The position numbers and the translations under genes were made by a program. Below the pieces are notes generated by a model, which worked only from the letters and a program-made list of their open reading frames with translations, did not search any database and had not been told where the DNA came from. DNA of 64,000 bases from Pseudomonadota bacterium (GTDB lineage Bacteria > Pseudomonadota > Alphaproteobacteria > JBCCHK01): NCBI GenBank assembly GCA_039028835.1, contig JBCCHK010000004.1, positions 2,497 through 66,496 on the forward strand. The letters are read 5' to 3'. Below, in pieces: positions 27,671 through 37,013 of this stretch; the first letter of the stretch is position 1, and every line of letters starts with the position of its first letter.

Positions 27671-28729
27671 TTATTTTGCCGATGGGTGGGATTTATCAAA
27701 TCCCGCCGCCAGGGCTTGGGTGAGCGCATCGGCCAAGGTGCTGGTTAACGTGGCAAGCACCGCTCTAAGGTCCTCGCGTCCGTCGTGTAGGTCCGCAGCG
27801 GCGGCATGAAGGGCCGGAGCATCTATATGCTGGTCGATCTCCTGGTGTAGCCGCCAGGCCAGCCAAGGGACAAGGCGGCGGCGGCGGCGCGCGTCCAGCG
27901 CGCCACTTTGGCGGCGCGCGTCCAGCCAGGCGATCAAGGCCTGTGAAAAGTCCTTACAGCCCTCACCGGTCAGGCTGGAGACCAACCACACCCGCTGCCT
28001 GTCTTCGGGCGTGCGGCTGTGTTGAAAATCTTGCGCGGCTTGCCGGGCATAGTCCAATAAATCGCCGTCGGCCTTGTTAACCAAGACAAAGTCAGCGCGA
28101 TCATTCAGCCCGCGCTTGAGGGCTTGCAGTCCGTCGCCACTGCCTGGCTGGCCCAGCAACAACAGGGCATCACACAGGGAACTTGCGATGTCTTCTGCCT
28201 GGCCGGCCCCTAAGGTCTCGATGATGATCCAGTCATAGCCTGCGCCCTCGAACAGCTCGATGACCTCACGGGTGGCGTGGGCGATGCCGCCGGACGCGCC
28301 TGCGCTGGTGGCCGGGCGGACGAAAGCATCCTCGTGGGTTGCCAGGCGGGTCATGCGGGTTTTGTCAGCCAAAATCGCGCCCCGCGCGTCCACTTGGGTG
28401 AGGGCGCCAGGATCGATCGCCAGGACCGCGACGCGCCCGGGGTGAGCAAGCAGGTGTTGGCCTAAAGCTTCGATGAACGTGGACTTGCCCACGCCTGCGG
28501 GGCCGGTAATGGCCAGCCGAAAGGTGGGTTTGGGCTTGCTGTGGGTGCGCAGGTGCGCCAGCAGCGCTTGCGCGGTGCGGTGATCGGGCGGATGGCCTGA
28601 TTCTAAAAGGGTAATGGCGCGCGCGAGGGCCGCACGGTCACCGCGCGTGATGGCCTTGCCCCAATCGGCAAGGTTTGTGCGTTGGGCCGCGGTGTTTGTC
28701 GTCGTGTGGCTTACACCCGAGTTGCTCAT
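27671..28729 (-). CDS. MeaB/ArgK-type G3E-family GTPase (methylmalonyl-CoA mutase-associated GTPase-like)
   Basis: P-loop [24 protein letters not shown], and the NKxD motif VNKADG. Its ATG overlaps the ispG TGA stop. Confidence 0.85.
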   Translation of the reverse strand: MSNSGVSHTTTNTAAQRTNLADWGKAITRGDRAALARAITLLESGHPPDHRTAQALLAHLRTHSKPKPTFRLAITGPAGVGKSTFIEALGQHLLAHPGRVAVLAIDPGALTQVDARGAILADKTRMTRLATHEDAFVRPATSAGASGGIAHATREVIELFEGAGYDWIIIETLGAGQAEDIASSLCDALLLLGQPGSGDGLQALKRGLNDRADFVLVNKADGDLLDYARQAAQDFQHSRTPEDRQRVWLVSSLTGEGCKDFSQALIAWLDARRQSGALDARRRRRLVPWLAWRLHQEIDQHIDAPALHAAAADLHDGREDLRAVLATLTSTLADALTQALAAGFDKSHPSAK

Positions 28730-29829
28730 GGCTGTTTAACCTCGGCCGCTTGCTGTTCGATGAGCTGGACCAGATGATCGACGATCTTCGGGTCCTTCAG
28801 GCGATGGTCTGCCAAACCACTGACATAGATTTGATGGGTCCCCTTCCCGCCGCCGGTGATCCCCACATCAGTGAGCAAGGCCTCGCCGGGGCCGTTCACC
28901 ACACAGCCGATGACTGAGACCTTAAGGGGCACCGTAATATGGGCGAGTCGATCCTCCAACACTTTGACCGTTTCGATGACATCGAACTGCTGCCGGGCAC
29001 AGGACGGGCAGGCGATGATCTGCACCCCGCGAGAGCGCAGACTCAAAGACTTGAGAATCTCGAATCCGGCCTTGATTTCTTGCACCGGATCGGCGGCAAG
29101 AGACACGCGAATCGTATCGCCGATCCCTTCCAGCAGCAGGCTACCGATGCCAATCGCACTTTTTACAGTGCCGCCGAACTGCGAACCTGCTTCGGTAATA
29201 CCGACGTGCAAGGGATAATCGCAGGCCTGGGCGAGCAAGCGGTAGGCCTGGCGGGCAAGGAAGATGTCCGAGGCCTTGCAGCTGATCTTAAAGTTAAAAA
29301 AGTCATGGTCTTCTAACAAAGCAATGTGACGCTGAGCGCTTTCCAGCATCGCCTCGGGCGTCGGGCCGCGGTACTTATCGAGCAAGTCGCGCTCCAGGCT
29401 CCCAGCATTGACGCCGATGCGGATGCTACAGCCGTGATCGCGCGCGGCGTGGATGACCTCGCGCACGCGATCATCCTTGCCGATATTGCCAGGGTTAATC
29501 CGCAGGCACGCCGCGCCTGCTTGGGCGGCCTCGATGGCCCGGCGGTAGTGAAAATGAATGTCGGCCACAATCGGCACCGTCGCGGCGCGCACGATCTGCG
29601 CGAGGGCTGCGGTGGAGTCCTCATCGGGACATGAAACTCGGACAATGTCCGCGCCCGCTTCGGTCAGGGCGGCAATCTGCCGGTTGGTGGCGTCGATATC
29701 CGTGGTGAGGGTGTTGGTCATGGACTGCACAGTGATCGGCGCATCGCCGCCGACGGGAACGTCGCCCACGGTGATTTGTCGGCAAACGCGCCGGGGAATA
29801 TCGCGAAAGGAACTATAGGGGCTGGTCAT
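28726..29829 (-). CDS. ispG: 4-hydroxy-3-methylbut-2-en-1-yl diphosphate synthase IspG (GcpE); start trimmed to MTSPYSS
   Basis: Motifs [32 protein letters not shown] and GCVVNGPGE. Confidence 0.95.
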   Translation of the reverse strand: MTSPYSSFRDIPRRVCRQITVGDVPVGGDAPITVQSMTNTLTTDIDATNRQIAALTEAGADIVRVSCPDEDSTAALAQIVRAATVPIVADIHFHYRRAIEAAQAGAACLRINPGNIGKDDRVREVIHAARDHGCSIRIGVNAGSLERDLLDKYRGPTPEAMLESAQRHIALLEDHDFFNFKISCKASDIFLARQAYRLLAQACDYPLHVGITEAGSQFGGTVKSAIGIGSLLLEGIGDTIRVSLAADPVQEIKAGFEILKSLSLRSRGVQIIACPSCARQQFDVIETVKVLEDRLAHITVPLKVSVIGCVVNGPGEALLTDVGITGGGKGTHQIYVSGLADHRLKDPKIVDHLVQLIEQQAAEVKQP

Positions 29830-30577
29830 CAGGGGAAACTCGCAGAGAAACTCGATCGTCCTTTTTGATCGTCCGGGGCTCAAGGACACGGGCATAAAGG
29901 CCAAAATCGCGCCGCTGAAAGGTCCCGCGCAACACCTTGAGAATATCCATATCATACACCCCGCGCTCGGGGTGGGTGTGGGTGGCACAGCAACGGTCGA
30001 TCCGCATGATGACGGTCATCTCGGCGCTGCCGACGGTCAAGGTTTTGCCGACCCAGTCGCGCTCGATAAAGGGCGTATCGGTTTTAATGAGCAGGTTGGC
30101 GCGAAACCGGCGGGGATCGACCGGTGCGCCCAGCTCCTTTTCTAAGGCGCGCAGGGAGGCGGTGGTAATCAACGAGATAAAAGGTTCTTGCCGGTCTGAT
30201 AAATGCCCGCCGGGCGGAGCTTCGATCAGGCGCACAGGCCGCTCCAGCACGTCAGAAAAAAACCCATCGATCACCCCCCAGCCCTGGGTGCGGTGGGCTT
30301 GGGCACGCAGGCGATTCGTATCGTCATAGACGGTAAGGGTCTCATCGGCGTAGTCGGCCCTGAATTGGGCGAGCTCCGGGGTGGCCACTTGCGCCTCTAA
30401 AAGGTGCTTGCCGATCCAGGTAGGATGGTTGGGGTCATAGACGGTCTTGGGCCGGGCGAGCGCGAAACGGCGGTCGCCGAGGACCCCGCGCTGGGGTATA
30501 AGGGAAAGGGCCTTCGTTGTCTGGGCGCGCAGACTCTTGACCGGGTGGACGAATAAACCTTGGACGGAAAAAGACAT
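29813..30577 (-). CDS. MOSC-domain protein (MOSC_N beta-barrel plus MOSC); start trimmed to [15 protein letters not shown]
   Basis: A typical MOSC_N start ([12 protein letters not shown]), DRRFAL, and a conserved Cys region (IDRCCATH). GGAG lies 7 nt upstream of the chosen ATG. Confidence 0.78.
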   Translation of the reverse strand: MSFSVQGLFVHPVKSLRAQTTKALSLIPQRGVLGDRRFALARPKTVYDPNHPTWIGKHLLEAQVATPELAQFRADYADETLTVYDDTNRLRAQAHRTQGWGVIDGFFSDVLERPVRLIEAPPGGHLSDRQEPFISLITTASLRALEKELGAPVDPRRFRANLLIKTDTPFIERDWVGKTLTVGSAEMTVIMRIDRCCATHTHPERGVYDMDILKVLRGTFQRRDFGLYARVLEPRTIKKDDRVSLRVSPDDQPL

Positions 30578-31184
30578 GTCGGACTCCACAGCAGAGATCA
30601 CCATACGCGATGTTACCATCCAGCGCACGGGACAAGTGATCGTCTCGGGCATCTCGGCTCGTTTGGGCGGGGGACAACTTTGGGCGATTACGGGCCCCAA
30701 CGGATGTGGTAAGACGAGCTTGTTGCGGGTTTTGGCGGGATTATTGTCTCCTGCTGTGGGCACTGTCTCGGTCACCGGCGCACTGTGTTACTTAGATGGT
30801 CGAGGGTGGGATCCTCGTCACCGGGTGGCAAGCGGCTTGCTTTGGTGGGGGCGGCTTCATCATGCCCAGATCACGGCCCACAAGGTGCAGGCGGCTCTTG
30901 CCGATTGGCATCTTACCCACCTTTTACAGGTCCGGCTGGGGACCTTGTCGTCTGGGCAGAGACGCCAGGTGAGTTTAGCCCGCGCCAGCTTGATCTCGAC
31001 ACCGATTTTACTGTTGGATGAGCCTTTTTTCGGCTTAGATGATCCGGCGGCCAGTCGGCTTGCCCGGTACCTGGACGATCATCGCGCCCGCGGTGGGCTT
31101 GCGGTGGTGGCAACCCCGACCCTTCAGATCCTTGATCGGAATCCCTTAAGGGCGGAAGGCATCCAAGAGCTTCGCTTGGCCTGA
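30576..31184 (+). CDS. ABC transporter ATP-binding protein, CcmA (heme exporter)-like; start trimmed to [10 protein letters not shown]
   Basis: Walker A GPNGCGKTSLL, signature LSSGQRRQVSLA, Walker B LLLDEP, and a length of about 200 aa as in CcmA. No ccmB or ccmC is adjacent. Confidence 0.62.
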   Translation: MSDSTAEITIRDVTIQRTGQVIVSGISARLGGGQLWAITGPNGCGKTSLLRVLAGLLSPAVGTVSVTGALCYLDGRGWDPRHRVASGLLWWGRLHHAQITAHKVQAALADWHLTHLLQVRLGTLSSGQRRQVSLARASLISTPILLLDEPFFGLDDPAASRLARYLDDHRARGGLAVVATPTLQILDRNPLRAEGIQELRLA

Positions 31185-31217
31185 GATTGCAAGCCCGAGG
31201 TCGCAAGCCCGAGGCTT

Positions 31218-32150
31218 TTAGGCGGGGCAGTTGTTTTGTTGGGCGAGGGCGCTGGCCCGTTCGCGTAAGGGGGTTGCCCCATCGGGATAGACAGATAGCA
31301 CCGCACGAAAGGTCCGGCACGCCTCTTCGTTGCGTCCGGCAGTAAGCAGGGTGGTGCCCAACTTAAACAGGCTGTCGGCGCTCTTGGCGCCATCGGGGCG
31401 ATCACGATAGCCGGTCGCAAAGGCGGCAATGGCGGCGTCGGTGTTGCCGTTGACCACGGCAATCTCACCGATCCAGTAGTAGGCATCGCTCACCAAGGGG
31501 TGCTCGGGGTAGGTCTCGATAAAGGCGCGGAATTGGTCATAGGCACTATCGTAGTCGGTGCTGGCCAGCAGATTATAGGCGGTATCGAAATCCATCTGGG
31601 GGTCGCCGGTGGCGATGCCCCCCTCGCTTGGCACAATAAGGGTCCCCAGGGTGCCCTCCTGGGCGTTTTGGGTTGCGCCCAGAGCGCCACCGCTGGCGGC
31701 TGGAGCGGCGGCCATGCCCATACCGTCCTGGGTCATGCCCTCTTGTCCTGTTGCGCCGGGTGGTGGGCTTTGGGGCGTCCCTGGTTGCGCGAGCCCCCCT
31801 TGATTAAGGGCGCTAGCGCGGCCACCGCCCGTGAGGGGGGTGGCCTGGGGCACCCCCCCGGTTATCGGCTGGGTTGGCGCGGCAGGCTGGGTGAGGGTAT
31901 TTTGCTGTAGCTGGTTTTGCAGTTGACGAATTTGGAAGTTCAGTTGCTCGATCATCCCCGTCATACGCTGGAGCTCCTGCTCGAACACCGCCATGCGGTT
32001 TTCGATTTGCACGATGTAAGCGGAGGACACGGTGCCTGCTTGTTGCGCGGTTTGTTGCGCGGCACTTTGGCGCGGGGCAAGGCCGAGCACCAGGCCAAGA
32101 CTCAGGCCAAGGCTTAGGAAAACAAAAACATACCGGATGGAAAAAGACAT
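31218..32150 (-). CDS. Tol-Pal system protein CpoB/YbgF-like (signal peptide, coiled coil, Gln/Gly/Pro-rich linker, C-terminal TPR)
   Basis: Signal sequence FVFLSLGLSLGLVLGLAPRQSAA, a coiled coil (MAVFEQELQRMTGMIEQLNFQIRQLQNQL), and a TPR segment YDSAYDQFRAFIETYPEHPLVSDAYYWIGE. Confidence 0.72.
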   Translation of the reverse strand: MSFSIRYVFVFLSLGLSLGLVLGLAPRQSAAQQTAQQAGTVSSAYIVQIENRMAVFEQELQRMTGMIEQLNFQIRQLQNQLQQNTLTQPAAPTQPITGGVPQATPLTGGGRASALNQGGLAQPGTPQSPPPGATGQEGMTQDGMGMAAAPAASGGALGATQNAQEGTLGTLIVPSEGGIATGDPQMDFDTAYNLLASTDYDSAYDQFRAFIETYPEHPLVSDAYYWIGEIAVVNGNTDAAIAAFATGYRDRPDGAKSADSLFKLGTTLLTAGRNEEACRTFRAVLSVYPDGATPLRERASALAQQNNCPA

Positions 32151-32363
32151 GAAAAACCTCATCAGGCAGGACAGTGACGAAAAGACTATCACTAAAAAGA
32201 TAGGGAAAGAAGGCAAGGCATCCCGGATATCAAGACAAGATCATAGCAAAATCAGTGAAAAGAAAAATTAATGGCTAAAGCAAAACCATTCTCAGGTCTT
32301 GTTTGCTTGCACGAGGCGGGCGTTTCGTTATCATCGGTTTTTTCATGATCGTGGTTTTCGTTT

Positions 32364-33140
32364 ATGCCTCGTGTTTACATCTCCGATGACCTCCGCGAGG
32401 GGGGGCAGCTCACCCTAGCAGACCCACTGCATCATCGGTTGCGGCGGGTCTTACGCTTACGTGATGGTGCCCGGATCGAACTGTTTAACGAGCGTCAGGG
32501 AAGCTGGACGGCGCAGCTCCAGGGGGATCGCCTCAAGGTGCTGACGGCCATTGCCCCCGCCCGGGTCGAAAGGCCGATGAGTCTGGCGTTCGCCCCGATC
32601 AAAGGGGCGCGACAAGCCGCCGTGATCGAAAAGGCGACAGAACTGGGGGTTACCGCTTTTGTGCCGATCCACACCGCCCGCACCGTGGCCGGTTTTACCC
32701 CAGCGCGGTTTTCTGATCGCGCCATTGCTGCGGCCGAGCAGTGTGGTCGCCATTCGATACCCGTCTTTGATGCGCCGATCCCGTTCGCTGATTGGCAACC
32801 CACCACGTGGGTGGTGGTTTGCGCGGAATGGGGGCCGGCCCATCCCATGCTAGAGGTGGGGCAGATTCTCAAAGACCAGCCCGTCACTCTTTTCATTGGT
32901 CCTGAGGGTGGATTGACTCTTGAAGAACGCGCGCGGTTAGAAACGTTACCGCAGGTCTACTTTGCGAGCCTGGGATCCTCTATCCTACGGGCGGACACCG
33001 CCGCAGTTGCAGCTCTCGCGCTCTGGCGTTGTGCCCATGATCGGGATCGACCGCCCCGCCGTGCCCAAGCCTTGTATGCGCAAGGGCCTTGTGAACAGGC
33101 CCTTTGTGAGCAGGATGAACCTTCTGGATATCGCTCATGA
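32364..33140 (+). CDS. rsmE: 16S rRNA (uracil1498-N3)-methyltransferase RsmE
   Basis: PUA-like N-terminus (HHRLRRVLRLRDGARIELFN) and the SPOUT C-terminal motifs IGPEGGLTLEE and LGSSILRADTA. Confidence 0.85.
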   Translation: MPRVYISDDLREGGQLTLADPLHHRLRRVLRLRDGARIELFNERQGSWTAQLQGDRLKVLTAIAPARVERPMSLAFAPIKGARQAAVIEKATELGVTAFVPIHTARTVAGFTPARFSDRAIAAAEQCGRHSIPVFDAPIPFADWQPTTWVVVCAEWGPAHPMLEVGQILKDQPVTLFIGPEGGLTLEERARLETLPQVYFASLGSSILRADTAAVAALALWRCAHDRDRPPRRAQALYAQGPCEQALCEQDEPSGYRS

Positions 33141-34483
33141 CCGATAACGCCCCCATCACAGACCAAAGGGACATGGTTGCCTATCTTCAAGGGGGAAGTA
33201 AACCGCCTACCGATTGGCGGATCGGCACCGAGCATGAAAAGTTTGCCTTCGATAAAAGGACCCTGCGCCCGCTCGGCTACCACGGCGAGAGGGGCATCGC
33301 CAAGATCTTGGATGAGATGCAACGCTTTGGTTGGCAAGCCCAGCGCGAAGAGGGCAACATCATCGCGCTGGTGAACGAGTCGGGGGCCTCGATTTCCTTA
33401 GAGCCAGGCGGCCAGCTGGAGCTTTCTGGCGCGCCTCTTGCGTCCGTGCATGAAACCTGCGCCGAGGTGCGCACCCACCTGGCGCACATGCGTGAGGTCT
33501 GTGAGGTCCTAGGGGTTGGCCTGTTAGGGGCCGGACATCTGCCGCGTTGGTCGCTGGAGGATATCGAGTGGATACCCAAGGCGCGCTATGGCTTGATGCG
33601 TCGTTATATGCCTGAGCGCGGTGGGCATGGCTTGGAGATGATGAAGCGCACCTGCACCGTCCAGGTCAATCTCGATTTCGCGGACGAGGCCGATATGGTG
33701 CGTAAGATGCGGGTGGGCTTGGCCCTCCAGCCCATCGCCACCGCGTTGTTTGCCAACTCGCCCTTTAAGGAGGGTGCGCCCGCTGGCTACGCCAGCTATC
33801 GCAGTCACCTATGGCAGGACGTGGACCCGGATCGCACCGGCGGGCTCGATCTGGCGTTTGAGCCCGGCTTTGGTTTTGAGCGATACGTGGACTACGCCTT
33901 AGATGTACCGATGTACTTCGTTTATCGCGACGGGCGATATATCGATGCGCTGGGACAATCCTTTCGTGACTTTATGGCCGCGCGCTTGCCGGCCTTGCCC
34001 GGAGAGGTGCCGACCATAAGGGACTTTGCCGATCATCTGACGGTCGTGTTTACCGATGTGCGTCTCAAGCGCTTTATCGAGATGCGCGGGGCGGATAGCG
34101 GGCCGTGGCGTGTTTTATGTGCCTTGCCCGCCTTTTGGGTCGGCTTGTTGTATGATGAGCAGGCCCTCAGCGCGGCAACGGACCTAACCAAAGCGTGGAC
34201 TGCCGATCAACGCCAAGAACTCCGCTCTCAGGCAAGCCTTGCAGGTCTTGCCGGGCGGTTTGCTGGTAAGCCGCTTGCTGATCTGGCGCGCCAGGTGCTC
34301 GCGATTGCACAGCAAGGGCTGGGGCGGCGTGCGCAGACTCTCGGCGAGAGCGAAGCCGCGTTTCTCGCCCCCTTACATGAGCGTGCACAAGAGGGAAAAA
34401 GCCCGGCTGATCTCCTGTTGGCGGCCTATCACACCACCTGGGACGGCTCGGTCGATCCAATCTACCGCACGCAAGCATATTAA
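33137..34483 (+). CDS. gshA: Glutamate-cysteine ligase, plant/alphaproteobacterial type (GCS2 family)
   Basis: Motifs RIGTEHEKF, SLEPGGQLELSGAP and MKRTCTVQVNLDF, with a length of about 450 aa. It overlaps rsmE by 4 bp. Confidence 0.85.
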   Translation: MTDNAPITDQRDMVAYLQGGSKPPTDWRIGTEHEKFAFDKRTLRPLGYHGERGIAKILDEMQRFGWQAQREEGNIIALVNESGASISLEPGGQLELSGAPLASVHETCAEVRTHLAHMREVCEVLGVGLLGAGHLPRWSLEDIEWIPKARYGLMRRYMPERGGHGLEMMKRTCTVQVNLDFADEADMVRKMRVGLALQPIATALFANSPFKEGAPAGYASYRSHLWQDVDPDRTGGLDLAFEPGFGFERYVDYALDVPMYFVYRDGRYIDALGQSFRDFMAARLPALPGEVPTIRDFADHLTVVFTDVRLKRFIEMRGADSGPWRVLCALPAFWVGLLYDEQALSAATDLTKAWTADQRQELRSQASLAGLAGRFAGKPLADLARQVLAIAQQGLGRRAQTLGESEAAFLAPLHERAQEGKSPADLLLAAYHTTWDGSVDPIYRTQAY

Positions 34484-34560
34484 GCTATGATACCCACAAG
34501 TCTATAGGGCCTTCGCTGCCCAGGCGGGCCTTTATCAGTAGACCCGTCCGACCAGGACCC

Positions 34561-34893
34561 ATGACGATGACTTCTAAGGCTCCTTCCTGCACGAAAGCGG
34601 TTCTAGCGGAAAAAGTCCACGATCACGTGGGCCTATCCAAACGAGAAGCCGCACGCTTGGTGGATCAGTTCTTTGCAGAAATTAGCAAGACCCTGGCGCT
34701 CGGGCGCGAGGTCAAGTTGCCGCACTTTGGCACCTTAAAAACCCAGCGTCGTCAGTCACGGATCGGGCGCAACCCGCAAACGGGCAAGGAATATCTCATT
34801 CCCACCCGCCAGGTTGTCGTGTTCCGAGCCTCGCCGATGCTGAAAACCAAATTGAACAACCCACTGACCAAGAAACCGCACAAGAGGCGATAA
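34561..34893 (+). CDS. ihfA: Integration host factor subunit alpha
   Basis: HU/IHF fold pattern with LSKREAARLVDQFFAEI and RIGRNPQTGKEYLIPTRQVVVFRAS. Confidence 0.9.
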   Translation: MTMTSKAPSCTKAVLAEKVHDHVGLSKREAARLVDQFFAEISKTLALGREVKLPHFGTLKTQRRQSRIGRNPQTGKEYLIPTRQVVVFRASPMLKTKLNNPLTKKPHKRR

Positions 34894-35474
34894 TGGCCAA
34901 ACAACCCGACGCCTATCAAACCATCGGTGAAGCCGCCCGTGCGCTGGCCATGCCGACTCATGTTTTGCGCTTTTGGGAGACGAAATTTGCCGCCCTCAAG
35001 CCGCGCAAAGGGGCTGGCGGCCGCCGTTATTACCGGCCCGAGGATATGAAAGTCCTGTTTGAAATCCGCCGGTTGCTCCAAGAGGAGGGTTACACCATCA
35101 AAGGCGCGCAAAAGCATCTGGCGCAGAATCTCACCAGTAGCGCCGGGAGCACTAATAAAGCCGCCAACCGTGCCGCCGGGGGCGGAGCGGTCCCCACGAC
35201 GCTGACCCCGTCGCCCACGTTAAGTCCCCAAACGCCATCATCAGCCCCCCCATCAGCCCCCCCATCAGCGGCATCCTCGCCTCCCCGGCCCTACCTGCGC
35301 GAGGTCCCTGTGAATACTGCCGCCCCCGCCACCGCCCAAACATCATCCATGCAGTCCCTTCCTCCCTCCCAGAGGGTATCAACAAAGCCGGCCTCGCCCT
35401 CTGCGGTGGCGGAGTTACAAGACCTACTGGCGATGGTGCGGCAGGAGTTGGCGCGCGCCCGGCGATACCTCTAA
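34893..35474 (+). CDS. MerR-family transcriptional regulator (the type found downstream of ihfA in Alphaproteobacteria)
   Basis: HTH segment YQTIGEAARALAMPTHVLRFWETKF, then YYRPEDM, and a low-complexity Pro/Ser/Ala tail. Confidence 0.8.
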   Translation: MAKQPDAYQTIGEAARALAMPTHVLRFWETKFAALKPRKGAGGRRYYRPEDMKVLFEIRRLLQEEGYTIKGAQKHLAQNLTSSAGSTNKAANRAAGGGAVPTTLTPSPTLSPQTPSSAPPSAPPSAASSPPRPYLREVPVNTAAPATAQTSSMQSLPPSQRVSTKPASPSAVAELQDLLAMVRQELARARRYL

Positions 35475-35480
35475 CGCGCC

Positions 35481-36080
35481 ATGAGCAAGCCCCCTTACGA
35501 GATATGGATCGATCAGGCGTTGCGTCGTGTCGTTCGCCAGGCCCTGGTGTGTGCCCAGCAAGGTCAGCACGCGCCGCCCCATTACTATCTCACCGTGGAT
35601 GTGGCCGCCGAAGGTGTGGATATCCCTGGTTTTCTTCGCGCCCGTTACCCAGATCGGATCACCATCGTCCTACAGCACCAATTTACCGATCTTGAGGTCC
35701 GCGAGGAGGATTTTTCTGTCACGCTCGCGTTTGATGGTAAACCGGCGCGCTTGACTGTGCCTTTTGCGGCGTTGCTGAGTTTCGTCGATCCTGCTGCCGA
35801 GTTTCAAATCCAGCTCAAACGGTTCACGCAAAGCCCTGAAGAAACGGGAGAAACCGACTCCGTCGTCGTTCCATCGCCCGAGACCTCCGTGCCGATCACG
35901 GTCACCCGATCGAGCAACAAACAAGCCAAAACACCGATCAAAGAACCCACAGAAAAATCTATAGAAAAACCCATAGAAAAAAAGACGCAAAAGCGTGCCG
36001 CCCGCGCATCCGCCACCTTGCCCGCACCTTCTGCCGACAAGGTTGTGAACCTAGAGGCGTTTCGTAAAAAAGACTCATGA
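35481..36080 (+). CDS. SspB-like ClpXP adaptor (alphaproteobacterial stringent-starvation-protein-B family)
   Basis: The N-terminal domain (YEIWIDQALRRVVRQAL, ITIVLQHQFTDLEV, FSVTLAFDGKPARLTVPFAAL) matches alpha-type SspB. A disordered tail follows, with a C-terminal segment (VVNLEAFRKKD) that is presumably ClpX-binding. Confidence 0.68.
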   Translation: MSKPPYEIWIDQALRRVVRQALVCAQQGQHAPPHYYLTVDVAAEGVDIPGFLRARYPDRITIVLQHQFTDLEVREEDFSVTLAFDGKPARLTVPFAALLSFVDPAAEFQIQLKRFTQSPEETGETDSVVVPSPETSVPITVTRSSNKQAKTPIKEPTEKSIEKPIEKKTQKRAARASATLPAPSADKVVNLEAFRKKDS

Positions 36081-36979
36081 ACGAAACGGTCGATCCGGTC
36101 GATGCGGGGGTCCGCGTTGATCGCTGGCTCCGTAAGCGATTTCCAGACCTGCCCCTGGCGCGGGTGCATCGCCTGATCCGTCGCGGCGATGTGCGCATGG
36201 ATCGCCGCCGGGTGCAAGCGGGCACCCGGCTTATCGCCGGGGCGGTGTTGCGTCTGCCGCCCACCTTGGCCGCGGACTCGCTGACCGATCCAGCGACCTC
36301 ACGCGCCCGCCGTCCGCCGCTCCGCGCCCAACAGGTCCAGCAGGTGCGCCACTGGCTGATCTATCGTGATGATCGGGTGCTCGCGATTAACAAGCCGCTC
36401 GGTCTGGCAAGCCAAGGGGGCACCAAGGTGCGTTGGTCGCTCACTGATTTGTTGGAGGGCTTGCGCTTTGAGTGTGCTCAGCGGCCTTTGATTGTTCATC
36501 GGCTCGATCGGGCGACCGGCGGGGTGATGATCCTTGCCCGGGACTTACCTGCGGCGCGCTTGCTGGCTAAACAGTTCCGCACCCGCCAGGTGCAAAAAAC
36601 CTACTGGGCGCTCACAAACCGGCCACCGACCAGGCGCAAGGGCACCATCACAGCGCCGATCGACGGCTTAGCAGCGCACACGGACTATCGGGTGTTGATG
36701 CAAAGCGCTAGGGGTTGCTGGCTTGCGCTCTTCCCGCGGACCGGGCGTATGCACCAGCTGCGCATCCACCTCGCACAGCTGGGCTGTCCGATCATCGGTG
36801 ATCGAAAGTACAACGGCTGCAAGGCGCGGGTCCTGCATCTGCATGCCCGGCGGTTGGTGCTCACCCATCCCCAAGGCGGGCGATTATCGATCCGCGCGGG
36901 CTTGGCCCCATCATTGGTAGAATCTTGGCAAGCCCATGGTTTTCTATTACACCTAAAGCAACCTGCCCCAGCGTCATGA
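36077..36979 (+). CDS. RluA/RluC-family 23S rRNA pseudouridine synthase with an N-terminal S4 domain
   Basis: S4-like RVDRWLRKRF and the catalytic motif HRLDRATGGVM. It overlaps the upstream gene by 4 bp. Confidence 0.85.
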   Translation: MNETVDPVDAGVRVDRWLRKRFPDLPLARVHRLIRRGDVRMDRRRVQAGTRLIAGAVLRLPPTLAADSLTDPATSRARRPPLRAQQVQQVRHWLIYRDDRVLAINKPLGLASQGGTKVRWSLTDLLEGLRFECAQRPLIVHRLDRATGGVMILARDLPAARLLAKQFRTRQVQKTYWALTNRPPTRRKGTITAPIDGLAAHTDYRVLMQSARGCWLALFPRTGRMHQLRIHLAQLGCPIIGDRKYNGCKARVLHLHARRLVLTHPQGGRLSIRAGLAPSLVESWQAHGFLLHLKQPAPAS

Positions 36980-37013
36980 CAACAATGCGATAGAAATCGT
37001 GGAATAGAAATCT

